NCBI GenBank assembly: GCA_964016885.1
Contig: OZ024744.1
Span: forward strand, 14,570,001-14,634,000
Direction of reading: 5' to 3'
Source: Eledone cirrhosa
Taxonomy: Eukaryota
DNA: 64,000 bases
Part shown: in pieces, positions 1 through 13,399 of the stretch
Numbering within the stretch: the first letter of the stretch is position 1
Layout: every line of letters starts with the position of its first letter
Position numbers and translations under genes: made by a program
The notes under the pieces: generated by a model
Told to the model about the DNA's origin: nothing
Databases searched by the model: none
What the model saw: only the letters and a program-made list of their open reading frames with translations

Positions 1-22
1 AACCACTAAGTCATGTGCCTCC

Positions 23-63
23 ATTGCAAGGCCAATGCTCTAACCACTAAGCCATGTGCCTCC
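23..63 (-). other. tRNA 5'-half-like sequence (tRNA or tRNA-SINE head derived); first full example, present in every monomer; not a complete tRNA gene
   Basis: The minus strand reads GGAGGCACA TGGCTTAGTGGTTAGAGC A TTGGC CTTGCAA T. This gives T8, D-stem GCTT/GAGC, D-loop AGTGGTTA with A14 and G18G19, purine 26, a 5-nt anticodon-stem strand and loop CT-TGC-AA (Y32, U33, R37). The 3' anticodon stem, T-arm/B box and 3' acceptor strand are absent. Confidence 0.8.
44..54 (-). promoter_or_regulatory. RNA polymerase III type-2 A-box motif (TGGCTTAGTGG), example copy; intact in 'aagccatg' monomers, altered to TGACTTAGTGG in 'aagtcatg' monomers
   Basis: Plus-strand CCACTAAGCCA at 44-54 is TGGCTTAGTGG on the minus strand, matching the A-box consensus TRGCNNARYGG. 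No B box accompanies it, so promoter activity is unsupported. Confidence 0.6.
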
Positions 64-3000
64 ATTGCAAGGCCAATGCTCTAACCACTAAGTCATGTTC
101 CTCCATTGCAAATCCAATGCTCTAACCACTAAGCCATGTGCCTCCATTGCAAGGCCAATGCTCTAACCACTAAGCCATGTGCCACCATTGCAAGGCCAAT
201 GCTCTAACCACTAAGCCATGTGCCACCATTGCAAGGCCAATGCTCTAACCACTAAACCATCTGCCTCCGTTGCAAGGCCAATGCTCTAACCACTAAGCCA
301 TCTGCCTCCATTGCAAGGCCAATGCTCTAACCACTAAGCCATGTGCCTCCATTGCAAAGCCAATGCTCTAACCAATAAGCCATGTGCCTCCATTGCAAGG
401 CCAATACTCTAACCACTAAGCCATGTGCCTCCATTGCAAGGCCAATGCGCTAACCAATAAGCCATGTGCCTCCATTGCAAGGCCAATGCTCTAACCACTA
501 AGCCATGTGCCTCCATTGCAAGGCCAATGCTCTAACCACTAAGCCATGTTCCTCCATTGCAAGGACAATGCTCTAACCACTAAGTCATGTTCCTCCATTG
601 CAAAGCCAATGCTCTAACCACTAAGCCCTGTGCCCCCATTGCAAGGCCAATGCTTTAACCACTAAGCCATGGGCCACCATTGCAAGGCCAATGCTCTAAC
701 CACTAAACCATCTCCCTCCATTGCAAGGCCAATGCTCTAACCACTAAGCCATGTGCCTCCATTGCAAGGCCAATGCTCTAACCAATAAGCCATGTGCCTC
801 CATTGCAAGGCCAATACTCTAACCACTAAGTCATGTGCCTCCATTGCAAGGTCAATGCTCTAACCACTAAGCCATGTGCCTCCATTGCAAGGCCAATGCT
901 CTAACCACAAATCATGTGCCTCCATTGCAAGGCCAATACTCTAACCACTAAGCCATGTGCCTCCATTGCAAGGCCAATGCTCTAACAACTAAGCCATTTG
1001 CCTACATTGCAAGTCCAATGCTCTAACCACTAAGTCATGCGCCTCCATTGTAAGGCCAATGCTCTAACCACTAAGACATGTGCCTCCATTGAAAGGCCAA
1101 TGCTCTAACCACTAAGCCATGTATCTCCATTGCAAGGCCAATGCTCTAACCACTAAGCCATGTGCCTCCATTGCAAGGCCAATGCTCTAACAACTAAGTC
1201 ATGTGCCTCCATTGCAACGCCAATGCTCTAACCACTAAGCCATGTGCCTCCATTGCAAGGCCAATACTCTAACCCCTAAGCCATGTGCCTCCATTGCAAG
1301 GCCAATGCTCTAACCACTAAGCCATGTGCCTCCACTGCAAGTCCAATGCTCTAACCACTAAGTCATGTGCCTCCATTGCAAGGCCAATGCTCTAACCACT
1401 AAGCCATGTGCCACCATTGCAAGGCCAATGCTCTAACCACTAAACCATCTGCCTCCGTTGCAAGGCCAATGCTCTAACCACTAAACCATCTGCCTCCGTT
1501 GCAAGGCCAATGCTCTAACCACTAAGCCATCTGCCTCCATTGCAAGGCCAATGCTCTAACCACTAAGCCATGTGCCTCCATTGCAAGGACAATGCTCTAA
1601 CCAATAAGCCATGTGCCTCCATTGCCAGGCCAATACTCTAACCGCTAAGCCATGTGCCTCCATTGCAAGGCCAATACTCTAACCAATAAGCCCTGTAACT
1701 CCATTGCAAGGCCAATGCTCTAACCACTAAGCCATGTGCCTCCATTGCAAGGCCAATGCTCTAACCACTAAGCCATGTTCCTCCATTGCAAGGACAATGC
1801 TCTAACCACTAAGTCATGTTCCTCCATTGCAAAGCCAATGCTCTAACCACTAAGCCATGTGCCCCCATTGCAAGGGCAATGCTCTGAACCACTAAGCCAT
1901 GTGCCACCATTGCAAGGCCAACGCTCTAACCACTAAACCATCTGCCTCCGTTGCAAGGCTAATGCTCTAACCACTAAGCCATCTGCCTCCATTGCAAGGC
2001 CAATGCTCTAACCACTAAGCCATGTGCCTCCATTGCAAGGCCAATGCTCTAACCAATAAGCCATGTGCCTCCATTGCAAGGCCAATGTTCTAACCACTAA
2101 GTCATGTGCCTCCATTGCAAGGCCAATGCTCTAACCACTAAGTCATGTGCCTCCATTGCAAGGCCAATGCTCTAACCACTAAACCATCTGCCTCCATTGC
2201 AAGGCCAATGCTCTAACCACTAAGTCATGTGCCTTCATTGCAAGGCCAATGCTCTAACCACTAAGCCATGTGCCTCCATTGCAAGGCCAATACTCTAACC
2301 ACTAAGTCATGTGCCTCCATTGCAAGGCCAATGCTCTAACCACTAAGTCATGTGCCTCCATTGCAAGGTCAATGCTCTAACCACTAAGTCATGTGCCTCC
2401 ATTGCACGGCCAATGCTCTAACCACTAAGTCATGTGCCTCCATTGCAAGGCCAATGCTCTAACCACTAAGTCATGTGCCTCCATTGCAAGGCCAATGCTC
2501 TAACCACTAAGCCATGTGCCTCCATTGCAAGGCCAATCCTCTAACCACTAAGCCATGTGCCTCCACTGCAAGGCCAATGCTCTAACCACTAAGTCATGTG
2601 CCTCCATTGCAAGGCCAATGCTCTAACCACTAAGTCATGTGCCTCCATTGCAAGGCCAATGCTCTAACCACTAAGCCATGTGCCTCCATTGCAAGGCAAT
2701 GCTCTAACCAATAAGCCATGTGCCTCCATTGCAAGGCCAATACTCTAACCACTAAGCCATGTGCCTCCATTGCAAGGCCAATGCTCTAACCAATAAGCCA
2801 TGTGCCTCCATTGCAAGGCCAATGCTCTAACCACTAAGCCATGTGCCTCCATTGCAAGGCCAATGCTCTAACCACTAAGCCATGTTCCTCCATTGCAAGG
2901 ACAATGCTCTAACCACTAAGTCATGTTCCTCCATTGCAAAGCCAATGCTCTAACCACTAAGCCATGTGCCCCCATTGCAAGGCCAATGCTCTAACCACTA

Positions 3001-6000
3001 AGCCATGTGCCACCATTGCAAGGCCAATGCTCTAACCACTAAGCCATCTATCTCCATTGCAAGGCCAATGCTCTAACCACTAAGCCATGTGCCTCCATTG
3101 CAAGGCCAATGCTCTAACCAATAAGCCATGTGCCTCCATTGCAAGGCCAATGTTCTAATCACTAAGTCATGTGCCTCCATTGCAAGGCCAATGCTCTAAC
3201 CACTAAGTCATGTGCCTCCATTGCAAGGCCAATGCTCTAACCACTAAACCATCTGCCTCCATTGCAAGGCCAATGCTCTAACCACTAAGTCATGTGCCTC
3301 CATTGCAAGGCCAATGCTCTAACCACTAAGCCATGTGCCTCCATTGCAAGGCCAATACTCTAACCACTAAGTCACGTGCCTCCATTGCAAGGCCAATGCT
3401 CTAACCACTAAGTCATGTGCCTCCATTGCAAGGTCAATGCTCTAACCACTAGGTCTGTGCCTCCATTGCAAGCCCAATGCTCTAACCACTAAGTCATGCG
3501 CCTCCATTGCAAGGCCAATGCTCTAACCACTAAGCCATGTGCCTCCATTGCAAGGCCAATGCTCTAAACACTAAGCCATGTGCCTCCATTGCAAGGCCAA
3601 TGCTCTAACCACTAAGTCATGTGCCTCCATAGCAAGGCCAATGCTCTAACCACTAAGCCATGTGCCTCCACTGCAAGGCCAATGCTCTAACCACTAAGTC
3701 ATGTGCCTCCATTGCAAGGCCAATGCCCTAACCACTAAGTCATGTGCCTCCATTGCAAGGCCAATGCTCTAACCACTAAGCCATGTGCCTCCATTGCAAG
3801 GCCAATGCTCTAACAACTAAGCCATGTGCCTCCATTGCAAGGCCAACGCCCTAACCACTAAGCGATGTGCCTCCATTGCAAGTCCAATGCTCTAACCACT
3901 AAGCCATGTGCCACCATTGCAAGGCCAATGCTCTAACCACTAAGCCATGTGCCTCCATTGCAAGGCCAATGCTCTAACCACTAAGCCATGTGCTTCCATT
4001 GCAAGGCCAATGCTCTAACCACTAAGCCATGTGCCTCCATTGCAAGGCCAATGTTCTAACCACTAAGCCATGTGCCTCCATTGCAAGGCCAATGCTCTAA
4101 CCACTAAGTCATGTGCCTCCATTGCAAGGTCAATGCTCTAACCACTAAACCATCTGCCTCCATTGCAAGACCACTGCTCTAACCACTAAGTCATGTACCT
4201 CCATTGCAAGGCCAATGCTCTAACCACTAAGCCATGTGCCTCCATTGCAAGGCCAATACTCTAACCACTAAGTCATGTGCCTCCATTGCAAGGCCAATGC
4301 TCTAACCACTAAGTCATGTGCCTCCACTGCAAGGCCAATGCTCTAACCACTAAGCCATGTGCCTCCATTGCAAGGCCAATGCTCTAACCACTAAGCCATG
4401 TTCCTCCATTGCAAGGCCAATGCTCTAACCACTAAGTCATGTGCCTCCATTGCAAGGCCAATGCTCTAACCACTAAGTCATGTGCCTCCATTTTAAGGCC
4501 AATGCTCTAACCACTAAGTCATGTGCCTCCATTGCAAGGCCAATGCTCTAACCACTAAGTCATGTGCCTCCATTGCAAGGTCAATGCTCTAACCACTAAG
4601 TCATGTGCCTCCATTGCAATGCCAATGCTCTAACCACTAAGTCATGTGCCACCATTGCAAGGCCAATGCTCTAACCACTAAGTCATGTGCCTCCATTGCA
4701 AGGCCAATGCTCTAACCACTAAGTCATGCGCCTCCATTGCAAGGCCAATGCTCTAACCACTAAGCCATGTGCCTCCATTGCAAGGCCAATGCTCTAACCA
4801 CTAAGCCATGTGCCTCCATTGCAAGGCCAATTCTCTAACCACTAAGCCATGTGCCTCCATTGCAAGGCCAATGCTCTAACCACTAAGTCATGTGCCTCCA
4901 TTGCAAGGCCAATGCTCTAACCACTAAACCATCTGCCTCCATTGCAAGGCCAATGCTCTAACCACTAAGCCATATGCCTCCATTGCAAGGCCAATGCTCC
5001 AAACACTAAGTCATGTGCCTCCATTGCAAGGCCAATGCTCTAACCACTAAACCATCTGCCTCCATTGCAAGGCCAATGCTCTAACCACTAAGTCATGTGC
5101 CTCCATTGCAAGGCCAATGCTCTAACCACTAAGCCATGTGCCTCCATTGCAAGGCCAATGCTCTAACCACTAAGTCATGTTCCTCCATTGCAAATCCAAT
5201 GCTCTAACCACTAAGCCATGTGCCTCCATTGCAAGGCCAATGCTCTAACCACTAAGCCATGTGCCACCATTGCAAGGCCAATGCTCTAACCACTAAGCCA
5301 TGTGCCACCATTGCAAGGCCAATGCTCTAACCACTAAACCATCTGCCTCCGTTGCAAGGCCAATGCTCTAACCACTAAGCCATCTGCCTCCATTGCAAGG
5401 CCAATGCTCTAACCACTAAGCCATGTGCCTCCATTGCAAGGCCAATGCTCTAACCAATAAGCCATGTGCCTCCATTGCAAGGCCAATACTCTAACCACTA
5501 AGCCATGTGCCTCCATTGCAAGGCCAATGCGCTAACCAATAAGCCATGTGCCTCCATTGCAAGGCCAATGCTCTAACCACTAAGCCATGTGCCTCCATTG
5601 CAAGGCCAATGCTCTAACCACTAAGCCATGTTCCTCCATTGCAAGGACAATGCTCTAACCACTAAGTCATGTTCCTCCATTGCAAAGCCAATGCTCTAAC
5701 CACTAAGCCCTGTGCCCCCATTGCAAGGCCAATGCTTTAACCACTAAGCCATGGGCCACCATTGCAAGGCCAATGCTCTAACCACTAAACCATCTCCCTC
5801 CATTGCAAGGCCAATGCTCTAACCACTAAGACATGTGCCTCCATTGCAAGGCCAATGCTCTAACCAATAAGCCATGTGCCTCCATTGCAAGGCCAATACT
5901 CTAACCACTAAGTCATGTGCCTCCATTGCAAGGTCAATGCTCTAACCACTAAGCCATGTGCCTCCATTGCAAGGCCAATGCTCTAACCACAAATCATGTG

Positions 6001-6214
6001 CCTCCATTGCAAGGCCAATACTCTAACCACTAAGCCATGTGCCTCTATTGCAAGGCCAATGCTCTAACAACTAAGCCATTTGCCTACATTGCAAGTCCAA
6101 TGCTCTAACCACTAAGTCATGCGCCTCCATTGCAAGCCCAATGCTCTAACCACTAAGACATGTGCCTCCATTGAAAGGCCAATGCTCTAACCACTAAGCC
6201 ATGTATCTCCATTG

Positions 6215-7705
6215 CAAGGCCAATGCTCTAACCACTAAGCCATGTGCCTCCATTGCAAGGCCAATGCTCTAACAACTAAGTCATGTGCCTCCATTGCAAG
6301 GCCAATGCTCTAACCACTAAGCCATGTGCCTCCATTGCAAGGCCAATACTCTAACCACTAAGCCATGTGCCTCCATTGCAAGGCCAATGCTCTAACCACT
6401 AAGCCATGTGCCTCCACTGCAAGTCCAATGCTCTAACCACTAAGTCATGTGCCTCCATTGCAAGGCCAATGCTCTAACCACTAAGCCATGTGCCTCCATT
6501 GCAAGGCCAATGCTCTAACCACTAAACTATGTGCCTCCATTGGAAGGCCAATTCTCTAACCACTAAGCCATGTGCCTCCATTGCAAGGCCAATGCTCTAA
6601 CCACTAAGCCATGTGCCTCCACTGCAAGTCCAATGCTCTAACCACTAAGTCATGTGCCTCCATTGCAAGGCCAATGCTCTAACCACTAAGCCATGTGCCT
6701 CCATTGCAAGGCCAATGCTCTAACCACTAAACTATGTGCCTCCATTGCAAGGCCAATGCTCTAACCACTAAACCATCTGCCTCCATTGCAAGGCCAATGC
6801 TCTAACCACTAAGTCATGTGCCTCCATTGCAAGGCCAATGCTCTAACCACTAAGCCATGTGCCTCCATTGCAAGGCCAATGCTCTAACCACTAAGCCATG
6901 TTCCTCCATTGCAAGGACAATGCTCTAACCACAAAGTCATGTTCCTCCATTGCAAAGCCAATGCTCTAACCACTAAGCCCTGTGCCCCCATTGCAAGGCC
7001 AATGCTTTAACCACTAAGCCATGGGCCACCATTGCAAGGCCAATGCTCTAACCACTAAGCCATGTGCCTCCATTGCAAGGCCAATGCTCTAACAACTAAG
7101 TCATGTGCCTCCATTGCAAGGCCAATGCTCTAACCACTAAGCCATGTGCCTCCATTGCAAGGCCAATACTCTAACCACTAAGCCATGTGCCTCCATTGCA
7201 AGGCCAATGCTCTAACCACTAAGCCATGTGCCTCCACTGCAAGTCCAATGCTCTAACCACTAAGTCATGTGCCTCCATTGCAAGGCCAATGCTCTAACCA
7301 CTAAGCCATGTGCCTCCATTGCAAGGCCAATGCTCTAACCACTAAACTATGTGCCTCCATTGGAAGGCCAATTCTCTAACCACTAAGCCATGTGCCTCCA
7401 TTGCAAGGCCAATGCTCTAACCACTAAGCCATGTGCCTCCACTGCAAGTCCAATGCTCTAACCACTAAGTCATCTGCCTCCATTGCAAGGCCAATGCTCT
7501 AACCACTAAGCCATGTGCCTCCATTGCAAGGCCAATGCTCTAACCACTAAACTATGTGCCTCCATTGCAAGGCCAATGCTCTAACCACTAAACCATCTGC
7601 CTCCATTGCAAGGCCAATGCTCTAACCACTAAGTCATGTGCCTCCATTGCAAGGCCAATGCTCTAACCACTAAGCCATGTGCCTCCATTGCAAGGCCAAT
7701 GCTCT
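6215..7705. repeat. Higher-order duplication, offset 820 bp (20 monomers)
   Basis: The rare marker aaactat...tggaaggccaattc occurs at 6541 and 7361, with the same order of flanking variants (aacaact, ccactgcaagtcc). Confidence 0.8.
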
Positions 7706-9124
7706 AACCACTAAGTCATGTTCCTCCATTGCAAATCCAATGCTCTAACCACTAAGCCATGTGCCTCCATTGCAAGGCCAATGCTCTAACCACTAAGCCA
7801 TGTGCCACCATTGCAAGGCCAATGCTCTAACCACTAAGCCATGTGCCACCATTGCAAGGCCAATGCTCTAACCACTAAACCATCTGCCTCCGTTGCAAGG
7901 CCAATGCTCTAACCACTAAGCCATCTGCCTCCATTGCAAGGCCAATGCTCTAACCACTAAGCCATGTGCCTCCATTGCAAGGCCAATACTCTAACCACTA
8001 AGCCATGTGCCTCCATTGCAAGGCCAATGCTCTAACCACTAAGCCATGTTCCTCCATTGCAAGGACAATGCTCTAACCACTAAGTCATGTTCCTCCATTG
8101 CAAAGCCAATGCTCTAACCACTAAGTCATGTACCTCCATTGCAAGGCCAATGCTCTAACCACTAAGCCATGTGCCTCCATTGCAAGGCCAATACTCTAAC
8201 CACTAAGCCATGTGCCTCCATTGCAAGGCCAATGCTCTAACCACTAAGTCATGTGCCTCCATTGCAAGGTCAATGCTCTAACCACTAAGTCATGTGCCTC
8301 CATTGCAATGCCAATGCTCTAACCACTAAGTCATGTGCCACCATTCCAAGGCCAATGCTCTAACCACTAAGTCATGTGCCTCCATTGCAAGGCCAATGCT
8401 CTAACCACTAAGCCATGTGCCTCCACTGCAAGTCCAATGCTCTAACCACTAAGTCATGTGCCTCCATTGCAAGGCCAATGCTCTAACCACTAAGTCATGT
8501 TCCTCCATTGCAAATCCAATGCTCTAACCACTAAGCCATGTGCCTCCATTGCAAGGCCAATGCTCTAACCACTAAGCCATGTGCCTCCATTGCAAGGCCA
8601 ATGCTCTAACCACTAAGACATGTGCCTCCATTGAAAGGCCAATGCTCTAACCACTAAGCCATGTATCTCCATTGCAAGGCCAATGCTCTAACCACTAAGC
8701 GATGTGCCTCCATTGCAAGGCCAATGCTCTAACAACTAAGTCATGTGCCTCCATTGCAAGGCCAATGCTCTAACCACTAAGCCATGTGCCTCCATTGCAA
8801 GGCCAATACTCTAACCACTAAGCCATGTGCCTCCATTGCAAGGCCAATGCTCTAACCACTAAGCCATGTGCCTCCACTGCAAGTCCAATGCTCAAACCAC
8901 TAAGTCATGTGCCTCCATTGCAAGGCCAATGCTCTAACCACTAAGCCATGTGCCTCCATTGCAAGGCCAATGCTCTAACCACTAAACTATGTGCCTCCAT
9001 TGCTAGGCCAATGCTCTAACCACTAAACCATCTGCCTCCATTGCAAGGCCAATGCTTTAACCACTAAGTCATGTGCCTCCATTGCAAGGCCAATGCTCTA
9101 ACCACTAAGCCATGTGCCTCCATT

Positions 9125-12100
9125 CAAGGCCAATGCTCTAACCACTAAGTCATGTTCCTCCATTGCAAATCCAATGCTCTAACCACTAAGCCATGTGCCT
9201 CCATTGCAAGGCCAATGCTCTAACCACTAAGCCATGTGCCACCATTGCAAGGCCAATGCTCTAACCACTAAGCCATGTGCCACCATTGCAAGGCCAATGC
9301 TCTAACCACTAAACCATCTGCCTCCGTTGCAAGGCCAATGCTCTAACCACTAAGCCATCTGCCTCCATTGCAAGGCCAATGCTCTAACCACTAAGCCATG
9401 TGCCTCCATTGCAAGGCCAATGCTCTAACCAATAAGCCATGTGCCTCCATTGCAAGGCCAATACTCTAACCACTAAGCCATGTGCCTCCATTGCAAGGCC
9501 AATGCGCTAACCAATAAGCCATGTGCCTCCATTGCAAGGCCAATGCTCTAACCACTAAGCCATGTGCCTCCATTGCAAGGCCAATGCTCTAACCACTAAG
9601 CCATGTTCCTCCATTGCAAGGACAATGCTCTAACCACTAAGTCATGTTCCTCCATTGCAAAGCCAATGCTCTAACCACTAAGCCCTGTGCCCCCATTGCA
9701 AGGCCAATGCTTTAACCACTAAGCCATGTGCCACCATTGCAAGGCCAATGCTCTAACCACTAAACCATCTCCCTCCATTGCAAGGCCAATGCTCTAACCA
9801 CTAAGCCATCTGCCTCCATTGCAAGGCCAATGCTCTAACCACTAAGCCATGTGCCTCCATTGCAAGGCCAATGCTCTAACCAATAAGCCATGTGCCTCCA
9901 TTGCAAGGCCAATACTCTAACCACTAAGTCATGTGCCTCCATTGCAAGGTCAATGCTCTAACCACTAAGCCATGTGCCTCCATTGCAAGGCCAATGCTCT
10001 AACCACAAATCATGTGCGTCCATTGCAAGGCCAATACTCTAACCACTAAGCCATGTGCCTCCATTGCAAGGCCAATGTTCTAACCACTAAGTCATGTGCC
10101 TCCATTGCAAGGCCAATGCTCTAACCACTAAGCCATGTGCCTCCATTGCAAGGCCAATGCTCTAACCACTAAACTATGTGCCTCCATTGCAAGGCCAATT
10201 CTCTAACCACTAAGCGATGTGCCTCCATTGCAAGGCCAATGCTCTAACCACTAAGTCATGTGCCTCCATTACAAGGCCAATGCTCTAACCACTAAACCAT
10301 CTGCCTCCATTGCAAGGCCAATGCTCTAACCACTAAGCCATGTGCCTCCATTGCAAGGCCAATGCTCCAACCACTAAGTCATGTGCCTCCATTGCAAGGC
10401 CAATGCTCTAACCACTAAACCATCTGCCTCCATTGCAAGGCCAATGCTCTAACCACTAAGTCATGTGCCTCCATTGCAAGGCCAATGCCCTAACCACTAA
10501 GCCATGTGCCTCCATTGCAAGGCCAATTCTCTAACCACTAAGCCATGTTCCTCCATTGCAAGGCCAATGCTCTAACCACTAAGTCATGTTCCTCCATTGC
10601 AAATCCAATGCTCTCACCACTAAGCCATGTGCCTCCATTGCTAGGCCAATGCTCTAACCACTAAACCATCTGCCTCCATTGCAAGGCCAATGCTCTAACC
10701 ACTAAACCATCTGCCTCCATTGCAAGGCCAATGCTTTAACCACTAAGTCATGTGCCTCCATTGCAAGGTCAATGCTCTAACCACTAAGCCATGTGCCTCC
10801 ATTGCAAGGCCAATGCTCTAACCACTAAGTCATGTTCCTCCATTGCAAATCCAATGCTCTAACCACTAAGCCATGTGCCTCCATTGCAAGGCCAATGCTC
10901 TAACCACTAAGCCATGTGCCACCATTGCAAGGCCAATGCTCTAACCACTAAGCCATGTGCCACCATTGCAAGGCCAATGCTCTAACCACTAAACCATCTG
11001 CCTCCGTTGCAAGGCCAATGCTCTAACCACTAAGCCATCTGCCTCCATTGCAAGGCCAATGCTCTAACCACTAAGCCATGTGCCTCCATTGCAAGGCCAA
11101 TGCTCTAACCAATAAGCCATGTGCCTCCATTGCAAGGCCAATACTCTAACCACTAAGCCATGTGCCTCCATTGCAAGGCCAATGCGCTAACCAATAAGCC
11201 ATGTGCCTCCATTGCAAGGCCAATGCTCTAACCACTAAGCCATGTGCCTCCATTGCAAGGCCAATGCTCTAACCACTAAGCCATGTTCCTCCATTGCAAG
11301 GACAATGCTCTAACCACTAAGTCATGTTCCTCCATTGCAAAGCCAATGCTCTAACCACTAAGCCCTGTGCCCCCATTGCAAGGCCAATGCTTTAACCACT
11401 AAGCCATGTGCCACCATTGCAAGGCCAATGCTCTAACCACTAAACCATCTCCCTCCATTGCAAGGCCAATGCTCCAACCACTAAGCCATCTGCCTCCATT
11501 GCAAGGCCAATGCTCTAACCACTAAGCCATGTGCCTCCATTGCAAGGCCAATGCTCTAACCAATAAGCCATGTGCCTCCATTGCAAGGCCAATACTCTAA
11601 CCACTAAGTCATGTGCCTCCATTGCAAGGTCAATGCTCTAACCACTAAGCCATGTGCCTCCATTGCAAGGCCAATGCTCTAACCACAAATCATGTGCGTC
11701 CATTGCAAGGCCAATACTCTAACCACTAAGCCATGTGCCTCCATTGCAAGGCCAATGTTCTAACCACTAAGTCATGTGCCTCCATTGCAAGGCCAATGCT
11801 CTAACCACTAAGCCATGTGCCTCCATTGCAAGGCCAATGCTCTAACCACTAAACTATGTGCCTCCATTGCAAGGCCAATTCTCTAACCACTAAGCGATGT
11901 GCCTCCATTGCAAGGCCAATGCTCTAACCACTAAGTCATGTGCCTCCATTACAAGGCCAATGCTCTAACCACTAAACCATCTGCCTCCATTGCAAGGCCA
12001 ATGCTCTAACCACTAAGCCATGTGCCTCCATTGCAAGGCCAATGCTCCAACCACTAAGTCATGTGCCTCCATTGCAAGGCCAATGCTCTAACCACTAAAC

Positions 12101-12320
12101 CATCTGCCTCCATTGCAAGGCCAATGCTCTAACCACTAAGTCATGTGCCTCCATTGCAAGGCCAATGCCCTAACCACTAAGCCATGTGCCTCCATTGCAA
12201 GGCCAATTCTCTAACCACTAAGCCATGTTCCTCCATTGCAAGGCCAATGCTCTAACCACTAAGTCATGTTCCTCCATTGCAAATCCAATGCTCTCACCAC
12301 TAAGCCATGTGCCTCCATTG
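9125..12320. repeat. Higher-order tandem repeat, 1680-bp unit (41 monomers, one of them 40 bp), about 1.9 copies
   Basis: Lines 9181-10620 are nearly identical to 10861-12300. Markers include aagcgatg, ctctcaccac 10611/12291 and aaccacaaatcatgtgcgtc 10001/11681. Confidence 0.92.
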
Positions 12321-13399
12321 CAAGGTCAATGCTCTAACAACTAAGCCATGTGCCACCATTGCAAGGCCAATGCTCTAACCACTAAGCCATGTGCCACCAT
12401 TGCAAGGCCAATGCTCTAACCACTAAGCCTTGTGCCTCCACTGCAAGTCCAATGCTCTAACCACTAAGTCATGTGCCTCCATTGCAAGGCCAATACTCTA
12501 ACCACTAAGTCATGTGCCTCCATTGCAAGGCCAATGCTCTAACCACTAAGTCATGTGCCTCCACTGCAAGGCCAATGCTCTAACCACTAAGCCATGTGCC
12601 TCCATTGCAAGGCCAATGCTCTAACCACTAAGCCATGTTCCTCCATTGCAAGGCCAATGCTCTAACCACTAAGTCATGTGCCTCCATTGCAAGGCCAATG
12701 CTCTAACCACTAAGTCATGTGCCTCCATTTTAAGGCCAATGCTCTAACCACTAAGCCATGTGCCTCCATTGCAAGGCCAATACTCTAACCACTAAGTCAT
12801 GTGCCTCCATTGCAAGGCCAATGCTCTAACCACTAAGTCATGTGCCTCCATTGCAAGGTCAATGCTCTAACCACTAAGTCATGTGCCTCCATTGCAATGC
12901 CAATGCTCTAACCACTAAGTCATGTGCCACCATTGCAAGGCCAATGCTCTAACCACTAAGTCATGTGCCTCCATTGCAAGGCCAATGCTCTAACCACTAA
13001 GTCATGCGCCTCCATTGCAAGGCCAATGCTCTAACCTCTAAGACATGTGCCTCCACTGCAAGTCCAATGCTCTAACCACTAAGGCATGTGCCTCCATTGC
13101 AAGGCCAATGCTCTAACCACTAAGCCATGTGCCTCCATTGCAAGGCCAATGCTCTAACCACTAAACTATGTGCCTCCATTGCAAGGCCAATTCTCTAACC
13201 ACTAAGCCATGTGCCTCCATTGCAAGGCCAATGCTCTAACCACTAAGCCATGTGCCTCCACTGCAAGTCCAATGCTCTAACCACTAAGTCATGTGCCTCC
13301 ATTGCAAGGCCAATGCTCTAACCACTAAGTCATGTTCCTCCATTGCAAATCCAATGCTCTAACCACTAAGCCATGTGCCTCCATTGCAAGGCCAATGCT

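Larger units (their letters stand above)
1..6480. repeat. Dispersed block duplication within the array: about 1-1400 repeated at about 5083-6480 (offset 5082 bp)
   Basis: Rare markers share the offset: aaatcc 110/5192, gggccacc 671/5753, aagccatttgcctac 991/6073. Confidence 0.85.

Noticed and set aside
1-41. Monomer as an ancient dimer of 20+21-bp subunits (AAG(G)CCA..TGC..CT twice)
   Set aside because: Only about 7 of 20 positions match ungapped, and the tRNA-half interpretation explains the sequence better. Not strictly excluded.
23-63. Functional tRNA-Ala(TGC) gene array or split-tRNA genes
   Set aside because: There is no 3' anticodon-stem strand (TGGAG follows instead of GCCAA), no T-arm, no acceptor 3' strand, and no 3' halves or complementary leader sequences anywhere in the window.
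2087-2095. B-box-like GTTCTAACC in 'caatgttctaacc' variant monomers
   Set aside because: It mismatches the purine of GTTCRANNC and lies on the strand opposite the A box, overlapping the D-arm, so it cannot form a type-2 promoter with it.
3726-3731. Telomere-like motifs (TTAGTG and TTAGAG on the minus strand; CCCTAA in rare variants)
   Set aside because: There are no tandem TTAGG or TTAGGG runs. The motifs are explained by the D-arm/A-box sequence, and exact hexamers arise only by occasional substitution.
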